64,000 bases of DNA from positions 4,414 to 68,413 of the forward strand of contig DAOTKC010000004.1 in the NCBI GenBank assembly GCA_035449045.1, written 5' to 3'. Positions 44,642-54,223 of this stretch are shown piece after piece. Position 1 is the stretch's first letter. Every line of letters begins with the position of its first letter. Source of the DNA: Eubacteriales bacterium (lineage in GTDB: Bacteria; Bacillota; Clostridia; Christensenellales; CAG-917). Below the pieces are notes generated by a model. That model saw nothing but the letters and a program-made list of their open reading frames with translations. It did no database searches and was not told the DNA's origin. The translations under genes and the position numbers were made by a program.

Positions 44642-46066
44642 TCAAAACTTAAAGCCGAAGGCCGAGCCGTCGCTCTTGCCGAGTTCGGCGCGCGATTTTT
44701 TATCGAGTGTTTCGATGACGCGCTTGAAGGTTTCGATTTGCTCGGAAAAGAGGGTGTAATTGGTCTTTTCGATATAGCCCGAGGGCGCGTTGTTGCATAG
44801 ATAGTCGGGACCGGGGCAGAGCGCGATTGAGGGAATTCCCACCTTCCAGATGGGCTGGCCCTCGCCGAAGTGAACCATATTCTTGGGACGGAGCACGAGC
44901 GTCTTGGTCTGCGTCCTATCCTTTATGGCGTCGAGGTAGATTTCCGCCATCTTTTGGTTGGAGGTATAGACGAGCTCGGGATCGATTTCGGAGACCTGAA
45001 CAAATTGCTTTTTATCGGGAGTATCGCGCCACTCGGTGCAGCCGAGGTGCTCTAAAGCCACGCCCGCCGTCGCGAGAGCGCCGCCGTTTTTGCCGTTCCA
45101 AAGCTCGGGATGGCGCCGCAGGAACTTGCCGGTCGCCTGAAACAGTCCGCTGCCGAACTGGTGAAGCTGGAAGTGGCCGGTGATGAAAGAAAATACCAAG
45201 GTATGCTCGCGCTCCTCAACGGGTTTGGCGGCGAAATAGCGGGCGAGCGAAAGCAGGGCAATCGGCGCGTTCTCCTCAAATGCGTTGGAGCCATCGGTGT
45301 GGGTGTTTATGATTATCGTTTTCTTTGGGTCTTTACCCGGCAGCACGGCGTAAACGGTCTCGGTGTCGGCGTTCTCATAAACCGAGGCATCGAGCGTCAA
45401 TGTCGCCTCCTCGCGCCGCTTGGCCGCCTCGATGATTTTTGCGCCCTCCTCTTCGTCGACCCAAAGCGCGGGTATGCCGGCGTAGCGCTTAATGAAGGGG
45501 AGATATTGGTTTCTTGCGTTGTCGCGGCTGATTCCGCGCATGACGCATACGACGCCCTTGGCGCCCATAAACCGCGCCAGCCCGATATTGGGCGATATGA
45601 CGAAGGTGGCGACGACCGGACTTCCCTGCTTTTTGGGCGGTTCGAAATCGGCGGGGAAGCCCGCGCGCTTTTTAAAGACAAGCCCTATACCGGCCTCGAA
45701 AACGGGCATGGACACCACCGCTATTTTATTTCTTACGCCTAAAAATGCCGAAAGCCCGCGCTTGCCCGAATATTTGAGCTTGGCCGTGACACCCTCGGGC
45801 GGCGTGCAACCGCTGTAAGGATAATAGCTCGCGCTTTCGGCCTCTGTATTTTTGCCGCCGTCCGAAAAAGATAGCGCCCAGCGTCCGGGCTCCCAGCGTT
45901 TAAAGTGCAGCGTATCGGTCTTGGGCTCGAGCCCGATGGCGGTGAGCTCGCGCTTTATAGACTCTATAAATTCCTTATGCGCCGCGCTGCCCGTCAGCCT
46001 AGGCCCCATCTGCACCATTTTTTGATGATTTTTCTTGATTTCTTCAATATCGAAAAGCCCGCTCAT
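44642..46066 (-). CDS. putative Zn-exopeptidase-like protein (M28/PA-domain-like), function uncertain
   Basis: 474-aa ORF. IINTHTDGSNAFEENAPIA resembles metallopeptidase metal-ligand segments. The assignment is weak. Confidence 0.4.
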   Translation of the reverse strand: MSGLFDIEEIKKNHQKMVQMGPRLTGSAAHKEFIESIKRELTAIGLEPKTDTLHFKRWEPGRWALSFSDGGKNTEAESASYYPYSGCTPPEGVTAKLKYSGKRGLSAFLGVRNKIAVVSMPVFEAGIGLVFKKRAGFPADFEPPKKQGSPVVATFVISPNIGLARFMGAKGVVCVMRGISRDNARNQYLPFIKRYAGIPALWVDEEEGAKIIEAAKRREEATLTLDASVYENADTETVYAVLPGKDPKKTIIINTHTDGSNAFEENAPIALLSLARYFAAKPVEEREHTLVFSFITGHFQLHQFGSGLFQATGKFLRRHPELWNGKNGGALATAGVALEHLGCTEWRDTPDKKQFVQVSEIDPELVYTSNQKMAEIYLDAIKDRTQTKTLVLRPKNMVHFGEGQPIWKVGIPSIALCPGPDYLCNNAPSGYIEKTNYTLFSEQIETFKRVIETLDKKSRAELGKSDGSAFGFKF

Positions 46067-46201
46067 AAATCTCTCCTTACTTTTTTGCGATTAAACCGTT
46101 GCTAAAGAGGCAATAATTCATTTTAACATATGAGTTTTAAAAAATCGACAAAACATTGCATTTTTTGTAAAAATATGGTAAAGTTATCAGGCTGGGAATA
46201 T

Positions 46202-47107
46202 ATGAACAATATTATACTTTCTTTAATACTTAGTTTGGCCGCAGGCACACTCGGAATGGGGGCGGGCGGCATAATAGGCGGAGTGTTCGGCCGCAAGGGC
46301 GGGCGCAATATTTCGCTTGTCTTGACTTTCGCCGCCGGCATCATGGCCGGCGTAGTGTTCTTCGAGCTTGTTCCCGAGGCCGTCGAGCTGTCGGAAACTC
46401 CGCTTTTCGATTATTCGGGTGTGGTGTTCGCGCTGATTGCGCTTATCGCGGGCGTCTTCGGCATTCTTCTAATAGATAAAATCGTCGATAGCATTTTGAG
46501 CAAGACGCGCGGCCGCGGGCATATCCATATTCACGCCGAGCATGATGACCACGACCACTCTGGCCACGAGGAGACTTGCGACTGCGGGCATTCTCACGGC
46601 GAAACCGCCGAGGCGCCCTTGGGCGGGGAAGCGGGCGAATGCAGCGAGTGCGGGCGAATGAACTCACTTATGCGGACGGGAATTTTGATGCTTCTCGCGC
46701 TCACTCTCCACAACATTCCCGAGGGCATGGCAATCGGCTCTTCGGGCGTGGTTAGCGCATTTACCGCCATTCTTCTTGCCGTCGTCGCCGCCGTTCACAA
46801 CGTGCCGGCAGGCATGGCGGTTTCCGCCGCGCTCACGGGCGGCGGCATGAAGCGCTGGGCGGCCGCGCTGCTTGCGGCGGCCGCGGGCGCGACTACGGCG
46901 CTGGGCGCCGTTATAGGCGCCTACATCGGCGCGGTGTCGGAGATAGCCTCGGGCATTTCCATCGGCGTTGCCGCGGGCGGGCTGCTCTTCGTCATCTTCG
47001 TTGAAATTATCCCGGGCGCGGTCAAGGAAAACGGCGGAAAATTTCCCGCCATCCCTTTGCTTTCCGGCCTTATCGCCTCGGCCGCAATCGTCTTTTTTGT
47101 CCATTGA
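46202..47107 (+). CDS. ZIP family metal (zinc) transporter with a His-rich loop
   Basis: LHNIPEGMAIGSS and VHNVPAGMAVSAAL motifs. Loop GRGHIHIHAEHDDHDHSGHEETCDCGHSHGE. Start is set at the ATG at 46202 (MNNIILSL). Confidence 0.85.
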   Translation: MNNIILSLILSLAAGTLGMGAGGIIGGVFGRKGGRNISLVLTFAAGIMAGVVFFELVPEAVELSETPLFDYSGVVFALIALIAGVFGILLIDKIVDSILSKTRGRGHIHIHAEHDDHDHSGHEETCDCGHSHGETAEAPLGGEAGECSECGRMNSLMRTGILMLLALTLHNIPEGMAIGSSGVVSAFTAILLAVVAAVHNVPAGMAVSAALTGGGMKRWAAALLAAAAGATTALGAVIGAYIGAVSEIASGISIGVAAGGLLFVIFVEIIPGAVKENGGKFPAIPLLSGLIASAAIVFFVH

Positions 47108-47185
47108 TTCTTAAAATCTGTCTTGATTTTTACATTCGTTTACTTTATAATACTAAATTATAAGTATTGTATTTGGGAGGAAATT

Positions 47186-48223
47186 ATGTCTAATCAGCAT
47201 CAGGTGACTGTTAAGCAAAAGCTGTTTAAGGACGGTCTTATCGCCGAGCCCGGCTATGCCAAGAATATGGTTTGGGAATATAGCCGCGACGACATCAAGG
47301 CAAAGCCGATAAGAATCAAGGAGTGGGACTACTACATCATCACAAATAAAGAATTCGCGCTTGCCCTGACGCTTGCCGACAACGGCTTTATCGGCGCCAT
47401 CAGCGCCTCCGTAATCGACTATAAACAACCATTCGAAATTACCAAGACCAAGGTCAACTTATTCCCGATGGGGCGCATGATGTTTCCCTCGACACCCGAG
47501 TCGGGCGACGTCATGTGGCGCAACGACATGACGTGGATGGAGTTTAGAAACGACGGCAAGACGCGCCGCCTTATCGGCGAATATATCGGCTTCGGCAAAA
47601 ATAAAGAGGACCTCCGCTTCGATGTCACGCTGACGGAATTCCCCGAGGAATATATGGTGATAGCGACGCCATTTAAAAAGCCCTATCACTTCTATTTCAA
47701 CGCCAAAATCAACTGCATGCGCGCCGAAGGGAGTTTTAAGATGGGCGACCGCCTCTTTAAGTTCGACCCCGCCGATTCGCTGGGCACGCTGGACTGGGGC
47801 AGAGGCGTCTGGACTTACGACAACACCTGGTATTGGGGCAGCGCCCAAACAAGGCTTCCCTCGGGCGACACCTTCGGCTTCAATATCGGCTACGGCTTCG
47901 GCGACACCTCGCAGGCGACCGAAAATATGCTCTTCTTCAACGGCAAGTCGCATAAGCTCGACGAAGTGGTTTTCAATATACCGCAAAAAGACGGCCGCGA
48001 CGACTTCATGTCGCCGTGGACTTTCAGCTCCAACGACGGCAGGTTTGAGACCAGTTTCTATCCCATTGTCGACCGCTACGCGCCCGTCAATCTGGGCGTA
48101 ATTGCCATGATACCGCATCAGGTCTTCGGCAAGATGAGCGGCAAAGCGGTCCTTGACGACGGACGGGTCATCGAGTTTTCCGACCTTATCTGCTTCGCCG
48201 AAAAAGTCCACAACAGATGGTGA
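47186..48223 (+). CDS. DUF2804-like protein
   Basis: ATG behind GGGAGG. KPIRIKEWDYYIITN and overall length match my memory of DUF2804 proteins. Confidence 0.55.
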   Translation: MSNQHQVTVKQKLFKDGLIAEPGYAKNMVWEYSRDDIKAKPIRIKEWDYYIITNKEFALALTLADNGFIGAISASVIDYKQPFEITKTKVNLFPMGRMMFPSTPESGDVMWRNDMTWMEFRNDGKTRRLIGEYIGFGKNKEDLRFDVTLTEFPEEYMVIATPFKKPYHFYFNAKINCMRAEGSFKMGDRLFKFDPADSLGTLDWGRGVWTYDNTWYWGSAQTRLPSGDTFGFNIGYGFGDTSQATENMLFFNGKSHKLDEVVFNIPQKDGRDDFMSPWTFSSNDGRFETSFYPIVDRYAPVNLGVIAMIPHQVFGKMSGKAVLDDGRVIEFSDLICFAEKVHNRW

Positions 48224-48420
48224 AATGAATTCATAATCGACAAAATAAGGGTTTATCTTGTCGAAAAAGCCGCTTAAAGCTCTTATTTGGCAATAAAAAG
48301 GCGAAAGGCAAGTAAAAACAATAGAATTTTGTCAGCAAATCAAACGAAAAGCAGTTAGAAAAAAAAGCAAAATTAAAAAAGCAAATAAAAAAGGGCAAGT
48401 TAAGAAACCCGGAGGTTTTT

Positions 48421-49143
48421 ATGGAATATATCCCCTATATTATTACCGCTCTCGGCGCGGCGGCAGCCGTGCTTTTTATCATCGTGCGCATTAAGCGCGG
48501 CGGCGTTTTGGGCGTCATAACCAAGACGCTGGCGAGCCTGTTCTTTATTGCGGTCGCCGTAGTCGCCACGCTTACTGCTAAGGACTCGGGCGAGGCGTAT
48601 TTCGGCGCTTTCATAATCTTCGGGCTGGTGTTCGGGTTGGTCGGCGACATCGTGCTTGACCTTAAAATCGTCTATCCCGCCGACAACGACGCCTGGACCT
48701 ACACCGGCATGTCATCCTTCGCCGTCGGCCACGTCATGTATCTTTTGGCGTTTCTGCCCCTCGCGGTCAAGCTTCCCAATTTGTGGATGATTTTTGTCTT
48801 TCCCGTCCTCGCGGGTCTTTTGTTCGACGGTGCCGCCGTGCTCGGCGCGCCCAAGATGGGTTTAGATTACGGCAAGTTCAAAATCCCCTCGCTGATTTAC
48901 GCCTTCGAGCTCACCTTTTTAATGAGCTTCGCCTTCGCGCTTTCGATAGCCGACAATTTCGTTTCCAAAAAGTTTATCCTTCTGTTCGTCGGCGCGTTGC
49001 TGTTCTTGATTTCCGACCTCATTTTGTCGCAGCAATACTTTTCCAAAGACGCAAGCAAGCTTAAAAATCCCGTGCTCGTCGCCGCCAACCATGTGGCTTA
49101 CTACGCGGCGCAGTTTTTAATCGCGCTGACGGTGGCGGTTTAA
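48421..49143 (+). CDS. YhhN/lysoplasmalogenase-like membrane protein
   Basis: About 8 TM segments. GLVGDIVLD and FAVGHVMYL resemble YhhN motifs. Confidence 0.5.
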   Translation: MEYIPYIITALGAAAAVLFIIVRIKRGGVLGVITKTLASLFFIAVAVVATLTAKDSGEAYFGAFIIFGLVFGLVGDIVLDLKIVYPADNDAWTYTGMSSFAVGHVMYLLAFLPLAVKLPNLWMIFVFPVLAGLLFDGAAVLGAPKMGLDYGKFKIPSLIYAFELTFLMSFAFALSIADNFVSKKFILLFVGALLFLISDLILSQQYFSKDASKLKNPVLVAANHVAYYAAQFLIALTVAV

Positions 49144-49192
49144 GGCGTTAAGTTAAAGGGCTTTTACAAAAGCGCGGGGCGAGCATAAACTT

Positions 49193-50284
49193 ATGAAAAT
49201 TATCGTCATCCCCGACAGCTTCAAGGGCACGATTAAAGCGTCCGAGGCGGCGGCAATCATTGCCGCCGAGGCGGCGCGCGTCTATCCCTTTGCCGAGATT
49301 TCGGAATATCCCATCGCCGACGGCGGTGAGGGCACGCTCGACTGCTTTTTCAAGATTTTGGGCGGGCGATATATCGAAAAAGAGGTGACGGGCCCCAATT
49401 TCAAAAAGATAACGGCTCGCTATCTTGAGGCCGGCGAAACCGCCGTCGTCGAGCTTGCCGAAGCGGCGGGGCTTCCTCTTGCCAACCCCAGAGACCCTCT
49501 CAACACCACCACTTACGGCGTCGGCGAGCTTATCGGCGCCGCGCTTTCGTCGGGCGCAAAGCGCGTGATTCTGGGCATGGGCGGCAGCGCAACCAACGAC
49601 ATGGGCGCGGGTATGGCGGCGGCGCTCGGCGTCGTCTTCAAAGATAAAGACGGCCGCCCCTTTATTCCCACGGGCGGCACGCTCTCCAAGATTGCCAAAA
49701 TTGAATCCCTTAAAAATCTGAACATAATGGCGCTCTGCGACGTAAAAAACCCGCTCACGGGCGAAAACGGCGCGGCATTCGTCTATGCGCCCCAAAAGGG
49801 AGCCGATAAAAGAGCCGTTTTAACGCTTGACGACGGCCTTAAGCACGCAAACGACATTTTGAAAAATTACGGCATCGACGTTTCGGATGTAGAGGGCGCG
49901 GGCGCGGCGGGCGGCACGGGCGGCGGCGTTCTCGCCTTTTTGGGCGGCGAGCTTAAGCGCGGCATCGACACAGTTTTGGAGCTTATCGGCTTTGGGAAAA
50001 AAGCGCGGACGGCCGATTTAATTGTAACGGGCGAGGGCTCGCTGGACCGCCAAAGCTTTTACGGCAAGGTCATCGACGGCATCATTAGCCGGAGCGGCGG
50101 CACGACGGTGGTTGCCATCGTGGGCATTTCCAAAATCCAAAACCACAGGGATTTCGGCTTGGCCGCCGTCGTCGAGACAAACTATCTGCACCGCCCCTTC
50201 GAGGAAATTAAGCCCACCGCCAAAGAGGACCTTAAAGCGGCCGCCGCAAAATTCTTTGAAAACCTGCCCGAATATCTGAACTGA
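49193..50284 (+). CDS. glxK: glycerate kinase
   Basis: MKIIVIPDSFKGTIKASEAA...PIADGGEGT...VTGEGSLDRQS. Confidence 0.9.
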   Translation: MKIIVIPDSFKGTIKASEAAAIIAAEAARVYPFAEISEYPIADGGEGTLDCFFKILGGRYIEKEVTGPNFKKITARYLEAGETAVVELAEAAGLPLANPRDPLNTTTYGVGELIGAALSSGAKRVILGMGGSATNDMGAGMAAALGVVFKDKDGRPFIPTGGTLSKIAKIESLKNLNIMALCDVKNPLTGENGAAFVYAPQKGADKRAVLTLDDGLKHANDILKNYGIDVSDVEGAGAAGGTGGGVLAFLGGELKRGIDTVLELIGFGKKARTADLIVTGEGSLDRQSFYGKVIDGIISRSGGTTVVAIVGISKIQNHRDFGLAAVVETNYLHRPFEEIKPTAKEDLKAAAAKFFENLPEYLN

Positions 50285-50307
50285 TTTTTTGCCTTCGCGC
50301 ATAAAAC

Positions 50308-50333
50308 AAAAAAGCCCTCCTCGGGCTTTTTTC
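50308..50333 (+). terminator. glxK terminator
   Basis: AAAAAAGCCC-TCCTC-GGGCTTTTTT. Confidence 0.75.
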
Positions 50334-50532
50334 ATCCACAGTTATTCATTATTCATTATTAATTATTAATTCGGCGTAAGCCGTCATCCACCGTTTTTCG
50401 TTTTTCGTTGAGCGTTTTTCTTTCGGCGCAACGCGCCGCGTCCACCATTATTCATTATTCATTATTAATTATTAATTCGGCGTAAGCCGCCATCCACCGT
50501 TTTTCGTTTTTCGTTGAGCGTTTTTCATTCGG
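50333..50532. repeat. dispersed intergenic repeat family, locus C (T-rich orientation; 2 full units of about 106 bp)
   Basis: TCCAC(A/C)(G/A)TTATTCATTATTCATTATTAATTATTAATTCGGCGTAAGCCG(T/C)CATCCACCGTTTTTCGTTTTTCGTTGAGCGTTTTTC(T/A)TTCGG occurs twice. Confidence 0.9.
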
Positions 50533-50534
50533 AG

Positions 50535-51971
50535 TTACTCCGCTAGCGCAGCGAGCGCCGAGTTCAAACGCCGCAGGCTTTCATCTTTTCCCAAAATATC
50601 GAGCATTTCAAAAGCACCTCCCGGCGTGCTCTCGCGGTTGGTCACAGCTATTCGGAGCGGCCAAAGGAGCTGGCCTTTCTTTAGGGGCGAGGCCTCGGCA
50701 AACGCCATGACGGCGTCGTGCAGCGACTGCTGAGTCCATTCCGAAATTCCGCTAAGCAGCGGAATCAGCGCTTTCAGCGCCTCTTTTGCCGTGGCTCTGT
50801 CGGCCTTTTGCTTTTTATTTTCGTAAAGCGCGGCGTCCACGCCGTCGTAGCTATCTAAAAACGCCCACAGCGCCCCGATTTCGGAGAGAATTTCCACTCT
50901 CGGCTGAGTCAGCGGTGCGAGCTTTGTTATAGCGTATTTTTTAGCCGTCTCGGCGAAGTAAGGCTTGGAAACCTCCAAAAAATCCTCGGGCGAAAGCTCC
51001 TTTACATATTGCGCGTTGAGCCATTTCAGCTTAGCCTCGTCGAAGATGGCGGGGGAGTTGTTGAGTCCGTCCACCGAAAAGCGGGCGATAAGTTCGTCAA
51101 GCGTAAATTTTTCGCGGTTTTCCTTGGGGCTCCAGCCTAAAAGCGCGATATAGTTGACGATTGCCTCGGCTAGATAGCCCTTATGAATAAAATCTTCAAA
51201 GTTGGCGTCGCCGTAGCGCTTGGAGAGCTTTCGCGCCGCATCCTTCATTATGACGGGAAGGTGGATATAGGCGGGACGCTGCCAGCCGAAGCTGTCATAA
51301 ATCAAGTTATATTTGGGCGTGCTGGAAAGGTATTCGCTGCCGCGTATGACGTGCGTTATCGCCATCAGGTGGTCGTCGACGACGTTGGCGAAGTTGTAGG
51401 TCGGCATGCCGTCGCTCTTTAAAAGAATGTTGTCCTCGAGGTCGGCGCAGTCTAACTCAATCTCGCCGAAAACCAAATCGGTGTAGCCGGTCTTGCCGTG
51501 TTCGGGAATGTTTTGGCGGATGACGTAGCTTTCGCCGGCGGCGAGCTTTGCTTCAATCTCGCTCTTTGTCAGTTTAAGGCAGTGCTTGTCGTATTTTTTG
51601 ACGCCCTTGTCGTCGGCCAGCTCCTCCAAACGCTCCTTGGAGCAGAAGCAGTAATAAGCGCCGCCCAGCTCAACCAGCTTTTTGGCGTATTTTGTATAGA
51701 TTTCCTTTCGTTCGCTTTGGATATAGGGCCCAAAGTCGCCGCCGACATCCGGTCCTTCGTCGTGCGTGAGGCCGGCTTTTTTGAGCGTCGAGAAGATAAC
51801 GTCTACCGCGCCCTCGATAAAGCGCTCGCGGTCGGTATCCTCTATTCTCAAAATGAACTTGCCGTTATTTGCGCGCGCGAACAAAAACGCGTAGAGCGCG
51901 GTGCGGAGGTTGCCTATGTGCATGAAGCCCGTCGGGCTGGGAGCGAATCTTGTTCTTACTGTGTCCATCAT
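50535..51971 (-). CDS. gltX: glutamate--tRNA ligase
   Basis: VRTRFAPSPTGFMHIGNLRTALY (HIGH) and KLSKR (KMSKS). Confidence 0.95.
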   Translation of the reverse strand: MMDTVRTRFAPSPTGFMHIGNLRTALYAFLFARANNGKFILRIEDTDRERFIEGAVDVIFSTLKKAGLTHDEGPDVGGDFGPYIQSERKEIYTKYAKKLVELGGAYYCFCSKERLEELADDKGVKKYDKHCLKLTKSEIEAKLAAGESYVIRQNIPEHGKTGYTDLVFGEIELDCADLEDNILLKSDGMPTYNFANVVDDHLMAITHVIRGSEYLSSTPKYNLIYDSFGWQRPAYIHLPVIMKDAARKLSKRYGDANFEDFIHKGYLAEAIVNYIALLGWSPKENREKFTLDELIARFSVDGLNNSPAIFDEAKLKWLNAQYVKELSPEDFLEVSKPYFAETAKKYAITKLAPLTQPRVEILSEIGALWAFLDSYDGVDAALYENKKQKADRATAKEALKALIPLLSGISEWTQQSLHDAVMAFAEASPLKKGQLLWPLRIAVTNRESTPGGAFEMLDILGKDESLRRLNSALAALAE

Positions 51972-52114
51972 GTCCTTACGTTTAGAAAATATTTTTTTTA
52001 GTCGGTAAGCGTCGCCGAATTATGATTTTGTAGGTCTACCAACCGTCATAGCTAATTATATCAAATCACGGCGATTTTTTAGCTTGGGATTTTTTGATTT
52101 TTTCTGATTTTTGC

Positions 52115-52870
52115 TTAATCGTTCTTTTTTTCTTGCGTAAATATCGTGGCGCGGTGTTTGATTTTGGCGCCGTCTAAAAATCTGTTGCAGTTCTCATCCC
52201 AAAATGCCGTCATCCCCGCGTTTCTGAAAGAGAAGCACTCTTCGCCCGCGAAAATTATGTGGTCGTAGAGCGCGATGTTCAAAAGCTTAAGCAACACCGC
52301 AATCATGCCGGTAAGGTCGATGTCGGCGTCGGAGGGCGTGGCATTGCCGCGGGGATGGTTGTGGGCGATGACGACGCTTGACGCTTTGGCGCGAAGAGCG
52401 GCGTTGACTACGACCTTGGCCGAAACCGCCACCGATTTATTGTCGCCCTTTGCAATAAGCTGGGTGTTTATAAGGTTGTCGTGGACGTCCAAAGAGATTA
52501 AATAGACGGCTTCCTCCGCCAAGCCGTAGAACAGCCGCTTTATGTAATTGGACATCGCCGAATATCCAGTAAGCCGCACCTTGGCATCAAGAAGCGACTT
52601 TTGATATGCTCTCCCTATCGAGGGCATGAGCGTCAGAAACAGCGCGGCGTTTTTAGTCATGCCCTTTACGGCAAACAAATCGTCGTAGGCGGCGTTCAAG
52701 ACGTTGGCCAACGAGCCGAAGGCCTCAATCAAGGCGTGCGCTATTGAGTTAGTGTCCTTTCTCGGGATAAAAGCATACAGAATGTATTCGAGGATTTCGT
52801 GAGGTTGCAAACTGTCCAAACCGGAGGATATAATTCTCTCACGCATCCTGTTTCGATGGTCCTCGTGCAT
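52115..52870 (-). CDS. radC: RadC-family JAB-domain protein
   Basis: HEILEYILYAFIPRKDTNSIAHALIEAFGSL, JAMM motif VIAHNHPRGNATPSDADI. ATG at 52870 behind AGGAG. The track ORF's N-terminal extension overlaps the divergent gene. Confidence 0.85.
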   Translation of the reverse strand: MHEDHRNRMRERIISSGLDSLQPHEILEYILYAFIPRKDTNSIAHALIEAFGSLANVLNAAYDDLFAVKGMTKNAALFLTLMPSIGRAYQKSLLDAKVRLTGYSAMSNYIKRLFYGLAEEAVYLISLDVHDNLINTQLIAKGDNKSVAVSAKVVVNAALRAKASSVVIAHNHPRGNATPSDADIDLTGMIAVLLKLLNIALYDHIIFAGEECFSFRNAGMTAFWDENCNRFLDGAKIKHRATIFTQEKKND

Positions 52871-52976
52871 ATTACTCCTAAACAGTTCACTTTTCGGCGT
52901 TAAAACAGTATAATAGACTTTACAATAATGATAGCATAAGGCTTTGTCAAAATAAAGCAAAAAATAAAGGTAGGGT

Positions 52977-54212
52977 ATGAATTTGTTTGACGAACTTGTA
53001 AATAACACATTGAAGCTTATCGCCTTCCCGTCCGTCAAGGGCGAGGCCGAGGAAGGCGCGCCGTTCGGCCGTGAAAACCGCGGGGCTCTCGATTTCACGC
53101 TGGCGCTCGCAAAAAAGCTGGGCTTTAAAATCAAGGATTTGGACGGCTACGCCGGCTATGCCGAGATAGGCGAGGGCGAGCTTTTCGCCGTTCTTGGCCA
53201 CCTCGACGTCGTGCCTTTCGGCGAGGGCTGGACCAAAAGCCCGCTCGGCGAAATCGACGGCGGATATATCTACGGCCGCGGCATAATGGACAACAAAGGC
53301 CCCACGCTATCGGCGCTCTATGCCGCGAAAAGACTACTCGACGAGGGCTACACGCCCGTTCGGCGCTTAAGGTTCATCTTCGGCTGCGACGAGGAGAGCG
53401 GCGGCTGGGGCTGCATGAAACGCTACGCCGCGACGGAAGAGATGCCCGTGCTCGGCTTTTCGCCCGACTCCGATTTTCCCGTAATATTTGCCGAAAAGGG
53501 GATAGTGAATTATAAAATTAGCCTTCCCATATCCAAAAACATCAAAATAACCGCCGGCCTTCGCCCCAACGTCGTCCCCAACGCCTGCGAGGCCGAGGTG
53601 AACGGGCTCAAACTTTCGACGAAGGGCACCTCCGCCCATGCCGCCCATCCCGAGCTCGGTGACAACGCGGTTATAAAAATGCTCAGGATTCTTTCGGGCG
53701 AGCACCCCTCGATTAAATTAATTTATGAAAATCTTTCCGATTACTACGGCGAAAACTGCGGTCTCGCCATGTCCGACGAGCCGAGCGGAAAGCTTACCGT
53801 AAACTTAGGAATGATAGGCTGTGAAGAAGAAAAAATTTGGGTCGTCGTCGATATCCGCTATCCCGTCACCAAGACCGAGGACGAGGTTTTGAAGCGGCTA
53901 GCAGACGCCTTCCCCGACGCCGAAATAGAAAAGACGCACTTCCATCTTCCGCTCTATGTCGAAAAGAGCCATCCCTTGGTGCAAAGCCTGCTCGCATCCT
54001 ACACGAAAGTTACCGGCGACGCCGCCGAGCCCATTGCCATCGGCGGCGGCACTTACGCCCGCGCCATTCCGGCAGGCGTCGCATTCGGCCCTCAGTTCCC
54101 CGACGTCACCTCGACCATCCATTCTCCCGACGAGCGCGTAAGCATGGCGGATTTCAGAAAGATGTTTGAAATTTACTACGAGGCGCTCAAGGAGCTTTGC
54201 TTTAAAAAATAG
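52977..54212 (+). CDS. M20 family dipeptidase (PepV/Sapep-like)
   Basis: LGHLDVVPFGEGWTKSPLGEIDGGYIYGRGIMDNKGP, GCDEESGG. Confidence 0.8.
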   Translation: MNLFDELVNNTLKLIAFPSVKGEAEEGAPFGRENRGALDFTLALAKKLGFKIKDLDGYAGYAEIGEGELFAVLGHLDVVPFGEGWTKSPLGEIDGGYIYGRGIMDNKGPTLSALYAAKRLLDEGYTPVRRLRFIFGCDEESGGWGCMKRYAATEEMPVLGFSPDSDFPVIFAEKGIVNYKISLPISKNIKITAGLRPNVVPNACEAEVNGLKLSTKGTSAHAAHPELGDNAVIKMLRILSGEHPSIKLIYENLSDYYGENCGLAMSDEPSGKLTVNLGMIGCEEEKIWVVVDIRYPVTKTEDEVLKRLADAFPDAEIEKTHFHLPLYVEKSHPLVQSLLASYTKVTGDAAEPIAIGGGTYARAIPAGVAFGPQFPDVTSTIHSPDERVSMADFRKMFEIYYEALKELCFKK

Positions 54213-54223
54213 CCGAAGCGCCT

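Noticed and set aside
47459-50335. Antisense ORFs opposite the DUF2804-like gene (250 aa) and glxK (215 aa, 105 aa); the same applies to 60530..61198 opposite proS
   Set aside because: Same shadow-ORF pattern. The sense-strand genes have SDs and family motifs.
52871-53134. N-terminal 88-aa extension of the radC ORF in the track (339 aa)
   Set aside because: The extension overlaps the divergent M20 dipeptidase gene and its promoter and is low-complexity. A good AGGAG-ATG start exists at 52870, where RadC homology begins.
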